64,000 bases of DNA from Macrostomum lignano. Taxonomy: Eukaryota. This document shows positions 46,776 to 55,285 of this stretch, piece after piece (within the stretch, counting starts at the first letter, position 1; every line of letters begins with the position of its first letter). The stretch spans positions 1 through 64,000 of the forward strand of contig NIVC01003053.1 in assembly GCA_002269645.1 (NCBI GenBank). Reading direction: 5' to 3'. The translations under genes were made by a program, and so were the position numbers. The notes under the pieces were generated by a model. The model did not search any database and had not been told where the DNA came from. It saw nothing but the letters and a program-made list of their open reading frames with translations.

Positions 46776-47630
46776 TTGTTTCGCCATATTATGAAGTTGC
46801 GAGCGATTGACATAATAAATGATAAAGCCTTTCATGCCGCCAATCTTACCATGAAGAGCATTTGCAACGCTTTCCTTCGATCTGGAGGAAGAGTGAAGCA
46901 CTACGATGCTATTGAGAGTGACGACCTGAAGAAGCTCGGTAAATACTTCGATCGGTCGAATCCGGTGCGTCTTCAAGAGGAAGTATACTTTAACATCATT
47001 TATTACTATGGGAATAGAGGCCGTGAATGGTTGCGTGGTTTGAGGTTTGATCGGTTTTGTGAGAAGCGGCTCGCCAATGGACTCTACGCGATTGAGCTTG
47101 TTCAGGGAGATTCAAAGAATCTACATGGTTCTATCAGCGTCGCCGTCTTGGTTGACAACAAGCAAGCGTTGATGGTGTCAAAGGGAGATTCTGCCAAATG
47201 CCCAGTTGAGGCGTTCAGACTGTACAAGCAAAAGGTCACCGAAGTTGAAGGATGGAACGGAGTGGACTTCTTTCTGCGACCAAACGCTAACTTTCGTTCA
47301 TCTGGTAAGTGGTACAGCAAGAGTGCAGTAGGAGTCAACACCCTTGGGCCTCTGATGAAGAAAATTTCTACGTCCGCCGGATTGTCCAAGCCATACACTG
47401 CGCATTGTGTGCGTGCAACTGTAATCACAGAACTTCACGACGCTGGATTTAATGTCGAAACTATCGCTAAAGTGACTGGCCACAAGCGAGGTGCATCCGT
47501 CGAGCGCTACATTCGACGAGGGAATAAACGAGAGCAAGCGATCTGTGCTATGAGCCATCAACTAACGGCTGCCGTGGAGGTGGCTACTACGGCCGACCCT
47601 CAAGTTGTAGGCACTGAGGCACTTATTTGA
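46776..47630 (+). CDS. Crypton-type (DUF3504-like) tyrosine recombinase, C-terminally truncated duplicate (284 aa ORF)
   Basis: Same protein as the minus-strand copy up to VVGTEA. Catalytic set present: GNRGRE (R), SKN (K), HCVR (HxxR), GHK (H), VERY (Y). Confidence 0.8.
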   Translation: MFRHIMKLRAIDIINDKAFHAANLTMKSICNAFLRSGGRVKHYDAIESDDLKKLGKYFDRSNPVRLQEEVYFNIIYYYGNRGREWLRGLRFDRFCEKRLANGLYAIELVQGDSKNLHGSISVAVLVDNKQALMVSKGDSAKCPVEAFRLYKQKVTEVEGWNGVDFFLRPNANFRSSGKWYSKSAVGVNTLGPLMKKISTSAGLSKPYTAHCVRATVITELHDAGFNVETIAKVTGHKRGASVERYIRRGNKREQAICAMSHQLTAAVEVATTADPQVVGTEALI

Positions 47631-47813
47631 TTCTGCGTGCAGGATTGCTGATCTGGCACGCCCAAGCGTGCAGAATTGATGTTGTCTATGGCAAATTATC
47701 CTTTAGGTCTAATGCATCTTACGTGCAGGATTGCAATTTATTTTTAGACAACAAGAAAACAACGAGTGAAAATTGGTTAATATCATTACTAGTTTTTCGC
47801 TTGCGATCAGATG

Positions 47814-48794
47814 CTACTCAAATACAAATTCAATGACGTTGGTGTCACCATTGGCTCGAATCTTCAAATTCTTCCGATTTTCCGGAATAACTCGCACACA
47901 GCGCACCGAGCCCGACGTAGGATCGTTGATAACGTCAACTGGGTCACTTGCCTCAGTGCCTACAACTTGAGGGTCGGCCGTAGTAGCCACCTCCACGGCA
48001 GCCGTTAGTTGATGGCTCATAGCACAGATCGCTTGCTCTCGTTTATTCCCTCGTCGAATGTAGCGCTCGACGGATGCACCTCGCTTGTGGCCAGTCACTT
48101 TAGCGATAGTTTCGACATTAAATCCAGCGTCGTGAAGTTCTGTGATTACAGTTGCACGCACACAATGCGCAGTGTATGGCTTGGACAATCCGGCGGACGT
48201 AGAAATTTTCTTCATCAGAGGCCCAAGGGTGTTGACTCCTACTGCACTCTTGCTGTACCACTTACCAGATGAACGAAAGTTAGCGTTTGGTCGCAGAAAG
48301 AAGTCCACTCCGTTCCATCCTTCAACTTCGGTGACCTTTTGCTTGTACAGTCTGAACGCCTCAACTGGGCATTTGGCAGAATCTCCCTTTGACACCATCA
48401 ACGCTTGCTTGTTGTCAACCAAGACGGCGACGCTGATAGAACCATGTAGATTCTTTGAATCTCCCTGAACAAGCTCAATCGCGTAGAGTCCATTGGCGAG
48501 CCGCTTCTCACAAAACCGATCAAACCTCAAACCACGCAACCATTCACGGCCTCTATTCCCATAGTAATAAATGATGTTAAAGTATACTTCCTCTTGAAGA
48601 CGCACCGGATTCGACCGATCGAAGTATTTACCGAGCTTCTTCAGGTCGTCACTCTCAATAGCATCGTAGTGCTTCACTCTTCCTCCAGATCGAAGGAAAG
48701 CGTTGCAAATGCTCTTCATGGTAAGATTGGCGGCATGAAAGGCTTTATCATTTATTATGTCAATCGCTCGCAACTTCATAATATGGCGAAACAA
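47814..48794 (-). CDS. Crypton-type (DUF3504-like) tyrosine recombinase catalytic domain (326 aa ORF; N-terminal domain missing or degenerate)
   Basis: IDIINDKAF...KHYDAIESDDL...LQEEVYFNIIYYYGNRGRE...KWYSKSAVGVNTLGPLMKKIS..AGLSKPYTAHCVRAT...TGHK..SVERY is the animal Crypton / ZMYM-QRICH1-KCTD1 type YR pattern. An upstream in-frame stop leaves no clear ATG-started full-length ORF. Confidence 0.85.
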   Translation of the reverse strand: MFRHIMKLRAIDIINDKAFHAANLTMKSICNAFLRSGGRVKHYDAIESDDLKKLGKYFDRSNPVRLQEEVYFNIIYYYGNRGREWLRGLRFDRFCEKRLANGLYAIELVQGDSKNLHGSISVAVLVDNKQALMVSKGDSAKCPVEAFRLYKQKVTEVEGWNGVDFFLRPNANFRSSGKWYSKSAVGVNTLGPLMKKISTSAGLSKPYTAHCVRATVITELHDAGFNVETIAKVTGHKRGASVERYIRRGNKREQAICAMSHQLTAAVEVATTADPQVVGTEASDPVDVINDPTSGSVRCVRVIPENRKNLKIRANGDTNVIEFVFE

Positions 48795-49229
48795 ACCATT
48801 GCTTTGTTTTTATAGTGGCAACTAGCTTTCAATTGTAATCTCCTTTCGTTACCCCCTCCCCTCACCATCTCCAGCGTGCAAGATTGATTTTGTCTATGGT
48901 TAAAATGTGGGGGCTTCGCCCCCACGCCCCCAGCGGGGGCTCTGCCCCCGCACCCCGCTAGCAGCGGGTAATGTCTATAGTAATATCAATTATAACCTTT
49001 TTTGGGCAGAATGTAAAATGAAAGAATCAAATAAGAATGAGATTCTTGAACGCTAACGAGTGCGTCATTGGCAAAAGCAAATTCTTATTTGTTGCCTTAT
49101 TTTGATTGTCTATGGCCCAAAAATAATTAAAACCTTTCAATCCTTAATCGTTCAGCTAGTGTAGCCTTTTGTAACAGATGGATTTGGCTATAGAAAAGAA
49201 TCGAAACATGACAATGACGCACAACAACA

Positions 49230-49881
49230 AAAACAACAAAATGAGTAGTACGCTCGTATTATTTTTTCTGTCACAGATAAGTTCGACAAGAACTCCGTTT
49301 CAACACTTGAATGATTCTCCGGTAATGATGTTCACCTGGCGATTGACGGACGGGTTCCAGTGCAGGTGCCGTTGAATTGCCGCACGAAAACAGATAAAAG
49401 ACTTCGGCGCGCAGTGTGCTCCATCCTGCTTTCGAAGAGACGAATAGAAAAGCCTCAGATAATCGTTCAGGAATCGACCCGGCACGCGCTTTAGACTCCT
49501 GGCGAGCCCCTTCTCGTTGAGGAACTGACGGAACATTGCCACGTAAAGTTTTCGTTGAGTCTCGGTCGATTTCCGCGCAGATTCATTCTCAATCCGGTGC
49601 AGCATTTGTAGATCTTCGCTAGTCAGCTCAGGCAGCACTTCGGTACTAAACGACGCATCCAAATTGTTAATCTCCAGAAAAGCGACTGCTCGACTCTCGG
49701 TTGACAAAAGCCAACTCGTCCGTGGAGAGTCCACATTTTCTCCGCCAGGGTTTTTGTAGCGAAACGAACATACATGTAGCTCCTTTTTCGATTGGTAATT
49801 TAGTTGAAATCTGAAAAATCCACTAGAGAATTTTTTATGACAGATAGGCGAGTCGTCTTCACTGTCCTTTCCAACTACCAT
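49230..49881 (-). pseudogene. N-terminal half of a second, different Crypton recombinase
   Basis: LTSEDLQ...NESARKSTETQRKLYVAMFRQFL...LNDYLRLFYSSLRKQDG...PKSFICFRAAIQRHL...RQVNIITGESFKC*NGVL. Premature TGA at 49300-49302, and homology fades soon after. Confidence 0.75.
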
Positions 49882-50952
49882 AGACGACTGACTATTAGCT
49901 TTACTGCTCTTTCAAAGTGCCATAGACAGCAGAATTGACTAGAAATCCGGCAACAATAAATTTCATGCAGAAGGGTACAATAACGACATAGACAGATTCT
50001 TTCACTGCAGCAATTGCTTTAGTAAGCTGAGTAAAGCAATTGCTGCCGAAAAAATCTGTATATATCGTTACAATGTTGCTGAGTGTATCTATCTATCTAC
50101 ATATTTGGAGCGGCAAAGATAAGCCTCTCTTGATGAGTACCAGCAGGATTTTATACTAGAGGCAAAGAAATATCTGACGCAATCTGTTAACATTGCGATC
50201 GACTTGAGAAAATGAGAATTAACATTTTTAGTATGATGGATATACATTACATTTAGATAACTCGTATTTTAATCCTATATACTAAAAATCAGGTACCTAA
50301 AATTTAAAAACTACAATGGACCCAGATGAAATACATGCCAGTAGAAGAAATTCAACCCTCGTATAAAATTCTCATAAACTACTAACACGTAGACCAAGAG
50401 TAGTTTATTATACCGACCTATCTATATATTGTAATTATACCATAACTTTACTAAATAAAGTTGCCAAAACAATGTTTAATACAAGCATGGTTTTGGATCT
50501 TAAAGTTCTAAAGCTTTAAGCTTTAAAAGCTTTAAGTCACCATGAGAAATAGTTCAGAAACTCATAGAACTTAAGGCTTTGTTATTTATTGTTGACCGAA
50601 TGGCAAAGTAGCAACACGAATTTTCAATAAATATCGCTAGAAATATTCAAGTCCAAAACCCGAAATGATTGTTTTACTGACCTCATATCCAGCTTTAATA
50701 CTTTGTTTCGCTGTAAATGTTTTATTAACGAGTTTATTTCAAGCGAAAATGATTATAAAGTCATGTTATGTACAAAATGTTTTATTAGTATTTTACATAT
50801 CTTATTTTACAATGACAATAAATACTTTGTCGACCAAATAGAAACTGCAAATTTAGCTATTGCAAATTAACTTCAGTGATTCATGACAAATCGCATTTAT
50901 TGCGTGCCTCACATCATACTGTACTTACTCTTGATCTATGAGGCGGTGCCCC

Positions 50953-51240
50953 AGAATTTGAGGATCTGGGAGGCTATCCTAGCAACTGAGGATCTGGGAG
51001 GCTGGTCCAGCAACTGAGGATCTGGGAGGCTGGCCCAGCAACTGAGGATCTGGGAGGCTGGCCCAGCAACTGAGGATCTGGGAGGCTGGTCCAGCAACTG
51101 AGGATCTGGGAGGCTGGCCCAGCAACTGAGGATCTGGGATGCTGGCCCAGCAACTGAGGATCTTGGAGGCTGGCCCAGCAACTGATGATCTGGGAGGCTG
51201 GCCCAGCAACTGAGGATCTGGGAGGCTGGCCCAGCAACTC
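50953..51240. repeat. 28-bp minisatellite GGCTGGCCCAGCAACTGAGGATCTGGGA, locus 1
   Basis: About 10 copies just 3' of the hnRNP L stop codon. Confidence 0.95.
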
Positions 51241-51305
51241 GACTCCTCCCCGCTTAGCTTTTCATTCCAAGGCGAAATAGCAACAATAGAAACCCCCCAA
51301 CAGTC

Positions 51306-54300
51306 TCAAGCGGCAGCCCCACCAGCAGTCCCTGATAGAATAGCAGAATCGCTAAAGTTCAGCTTCAACAAATGCTGCTGCTGGCGTTGCTGCAGCTTCT
51401 GCTCCGCATCCTTGCCAGTGACGGTAGCCGACTCCTCCTCAGCAGCAGCGGTTGGCACCGGCAGGTGATTAGCCAGACACACGGCTCTAACAGCTGCATC
51501 TCGACTAGAGAACTCCGCTAATCCGGCTACAAACTTTGCTCCGCCGCCGCCGCTATTGCCGAATCGAACCAATCGGACGGGCCTCTCGGCGCCGCACTGG
51601 CCAAACAGATCGGACAGATTGGCATCCGTGACGCCGTTTGGCAGATTAAAAAAGTGCAACGTAGCCGACGGAGAGCACAGACGATTTCGTCTGGCCTTGC
51701 CGGCCACCACGAACCGGTTGTTCTTGCTGCCCGTGTAGTCGGCGTAGGCCGGGCTGCCGTCCGGCAGGGTGTCCACGCTCCGGTGCTTGATGACGCTGTC
51801 CTGTCGGCATGGCAACGCCGTTAATCTCCGACCGAACAGCGGACAACCAGACAGATGGCGGAGAGCGGCCGAACAGTCCGCTGGCTGGCCGAACTCGGCA
51901 ATAACAGTGTCCGGACGGTTGCGTAGGAATTTCAATCGGAGCACGTTGCCATAGAGACAGAGAAGGTTAAATAAACGCTGACAATTGACTAGATTCCGAG
52001 GCACGTTGCGCAATAGGAGACAGCGATGGGTGCAGCTTCCAGTGCTTGGCTGCGGCTCTTCTGACTGCTGCTGCAGCTGCGGAGTCTGATGAGCGCTAGC
52101 CTGATGAAGCTGGAAGCTGCTTGCCGAAGGTTCAACGCTGTTTGGAGCCAGTGCTGAATACAGGTCGGCCTAAAACAGGGGGATAGAGAAGAGATGAATT
52201 GAAACTATCCCGGGTTTGATTCCACAATCATTACGGAGTTATGAAGGAAAATTTGACCTAGGGAACTGCCGTGCGATTTATACCAAAGAGAGCCAAGCCC
52301 CGAGGCTTTTAATTCCCCAGCTGCCACAGTCTTCATTCCCCAGCTGCCACAGTCTTCATTCCCCACCTGCCACAGTCTTCATTCCCCACCTGCCACAGTC
52401 TTCATTCCCCACCTGCCACAGTCTTCATTCAGTCTTCAAGGGCCGCTGTACACCCCGTGTGAGCGTCTGTATGAGTGCGTGCCTGCGAACAGTATTAGCG
52501 CACAGGCAAATATTGGAAAAGTGCAACAGAAAGAACTCACAGCAGCAGTTTGCACTGCCCTATCGCATCGGGCAAATGCTGGCACCAAGCCAGCCGACCA
52601 GTCCAATAGGCAAGCTCTGTAGGGGGCATCTGGCGCCTCAAGCAATTCGGCACTGTAGTGACAGGCGTCGTTAGTAACGCCTGGACTGAAGCGGATTTCC
52701 GTTTGATTGGAATAGCTGGCTCGAATCCGGTGCGATTCCTGGAACAGCTGGGCGCCGTTTAGGTGGCGCTTGGCGCGCGTAGCCTCCTCCTGGCTGGAGT
52801 ATTCGACAAGGGCCTGCAGGGGGGGGGGGCAGGGTGGCAAAGCGGCTTTAGTTATATTTCCTGCTCTTAACTGGCTATTGTTTATTCATGCATGATATGG
52901 ATGAAAATAGGAAGAATAATGAGGTGAGGAAGAATAAAGGAAAGTTGGGGAGCAGGATATAGGGGATTTAGGGAGCAGGATATATGGAATTTGGGGAGCA
53001 GGATATAGGGGATTTGGGGACAGGATATAGGGGATTTGGGGAGCAGGATATAGGGGATTTGAGGAGCAGGATATAGGGGATTTTGGGACAGGATATAGGG
53101 AATTCGGGGAGCAGGATATAGGGGATTCGGGGAGCAGGATATAGGGGATTCGGGGAGCAGGATAAAGGGAATTCGGGGAGCAGGATATAGGGGACTTGGG
53201 GAGCAGGATATATGGAATTTGGGGAGCAGGATATATGGAATTTGGGGAGCAGGATAAATGGAATTTGGGGAGCAGGATATAGGGGATTTGAAGAGCAGGA
53301 TATATGGAATTTGGGGAGCAGGATATAGGGAATTCGGGGAGAAGGATATAGGGAATTCGGGGAGCAGGATATAGGGAATTCGGGGAGAAGGATATAGGGG
53401 ATTTAAAGAGCAGGATATATGGAATTTGGGTGCAGGATAGTTTTGGTTAGCAGGATTATACAATTGGGGATTAATTAGGGACAGTTATCATAACTCTCTA
53501 TAGCACACAGTGAAGCAATCCAAACGCAACATAAACACAATTATATCAACACTCACGTGAACGCACATGTCGGCCACGTGGTCCCGGCGCATGACCAGCA
53601 GTCGAGTGATTCGGCCAAACTGGCTAGCCGCCTGACGCAACAGCTGGGCGGTGACCGGCGGCCCGCCAGCGGCCAGATCGGTGAGCACCAGCAGGAGGAC
53701 CCGGGATCTCCGGCCGCCGTCCAGAGCTCCGGCATGATCGATTCCCGGCTGTCGACAGTACTGAAGTCGAAGACGTTGGCCGTGCACCGTCGGCGGTCGC
53801 TGATTGCCGCGACTAGCCGCCACGGCAGTCTGCGCAGCCAGGATGTCGTTGAACTGGACGTAAGCCGTAGCCCGGCTGGGCAGGACGACAATGTCGCGAA
53901 TAACGCCGAAAGATGACAGACTGTGCAGCAGGGCGGCTTCGGTGGTGTTGGGCGCCAAATTACTGACGTGAACAACTGGCGACTGGTGCAGATCGGATGC
54001 GAGAATAGGCGAAAGCTCTGGCTCACTGGTTGCTATGGTAACTCGTTTGTTGCTATGCTGGTCGATTGGCTGCTGCTGCTGACTGGTACGGTGATAGCCA
54101 AACTGATTACCGAGATGGCTATCCAATTGGTTGCCATGGAGACTATTGGCATGATAGCTCGGCTGGTTGCTATGCTGATCGCGTTGGTTGCTATGCCGCA
54201 AATGATTATGATGATCGTAGTCTGTGCTTAGCAGATTCTGTCTATAGGCGTCGACAGCGGTTGGAACTGATTGGCAGGGACGCTGCAAAGGTACGATGTG

Positions 54301-54482
54301 AATTACTCGTAGAACCGATTTGCGAAGGCAAGACAAAAAAATAGGGCTATTTTGTCTGTAAGAAATCAAAGAAAACAAACCTTAGCATTTGGCCACTGTC
54401 CAACAGAAGTCCAATGACCAGCGTTAGCAGCTGGCATAGCGGAGGCGACGCCATTTGAATATGGAACTGATGGACGTTTCAT
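51306..54482 (-). CDS. HNRNPL: hnRNP L-like RNA-binding protein with 4 RRMs (about 654 aa, 4 coding exons)
   Basis: Exons 54482-54381, 54282-53557, 52813-52541, 52169-51306, all phase 0. RRM1 SPVVHVSNL, RRM2 SRVLLLVL...ALVEY...AKRHLNGA, RRM3 NCQRLFNLLCLYGNVLRLKFL, linker LPDGSPAYADYTGSKNNRF, RRM4 PSATLHFFNLP. The exon 1/2 boundary is the least certain. Confidence 0.88.
52315..52430. repeat. 23-bp tandem repeat CCCACCTGCCACAGTCTTCATTC, about 5 copies (hnRNP L intron 3)
   Basis: Direct reading. Confidence 0.9.
52950..53450. repeat. 23-bp minisatellite GGGGAGCAGGATATAGGGGATTT (hnRNP L intron 2)
   Basis: About 21 copies. Confidence 0.95.
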
Positions 54483-54557
54483 GCTGCAATTTTGGCAGTG
54501 CAATAAACGTATAGCGACTATCATCGATTAGTGATACACTATGGAATTGAAGAGTTA

Positions 54558-55285
54558 GCCCAGCAACTGAGGATCTGGAAGTGGCCCAGCAACTGAGGAT
54601 CTGAAAGTGGCCCAGCAACTGAGGATCTGGAAGTGGCCCAGCAACTATAATCTTGGAGGCTGGCCCAGCAACTGAGGATCTGGAAGTGGCCCAGCAACTG
54701 AGGATCTGAAAGTGGCCCAGCAACTGAGGATCTGGAAGTGGCCCAGCAACTATAATCTTGGAGGCTGGCCCAGCAACTGAGGATCTGGCAACTGTAATCT
54801 TGGAGGCTGGCCCAGCAACTGAGGATCTGGAAGTGGCCCAGCAACTGACGATCTAGGAGGCAGGCCCAGCAACTGAGGATCTGGAAGTGGCCCAGCAACT
54901 GAGGATCTGGAAGTGGCCCAGCAACTGAGGATCTGGGAGTGGCCCAGCAACTGAGGATCTGGAAGTGGCCCAGCAACTGAGGATCTTGGAGGCTGGCCCA
55001 GCAACTGAGGATCTGGAAGTGGCCCAGCAACTGAGGATTTAAAATTGCCCCAGAAACTGAGGACCTGGAAGAGTGGCCCAGCAACTGAGGATTTAAAATT
55101 GCCCCAGAAACTGAGGACCTGGAAGTGGCCCAGCAACTGAGGATTTAATAAAAGTGCCCGAGCAACTGAGGATCCAGAAGAGTGGCCCGGCCAGTAACTG
55201 AGCATCTACATGTAGAAGAGTGGCCCAGCAACTGAGAATCTAGAAGTGCCCAGCAATCTAAAAGTGCTCAGCAATTAAGGATCTG
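54558..55285. repeat. GGCCCAGCAACTGAGGATCTGG minisatellite family, locus 2
   Basis: About 26 copies of 26-28 bp, upstream of the hnRNP L ATG, decaying to the right. Confidence 0.93.

Larger units (their letters stand above)
46528..49041. repeat. Long inverted repeat: arms 46528-47621 and 47949-49041, 327-bp spacer
   Basis: Arms are reverse complements. I noticed one G-run indel (about 46612) and one substitution (about 46656) but did not compare every base. Confidence 0.95.
45996..50085. mobile_element. Composite Tc1/mariner-like element with TA target duplication and 14-bp terminal inverted repeats
   Basis: TA|CACTCAGCAACATT (45996-46009) and AATGTTGCTGAGTG|TA (50072-50085). Both flanks are (TATC)n. 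Contains a Tc1 transposase remnant and Crypton sequences. Confidence 0.6.

Noticed and set aside
47814-49881. The two minus-strand Crypton ORFs as exons of one recombinase gene
   Set aside because: They overlap in homologous positions (QRHL...NII vs FRHI...DII), the upstream one has a premature stop, and no fitting splice pair was found.
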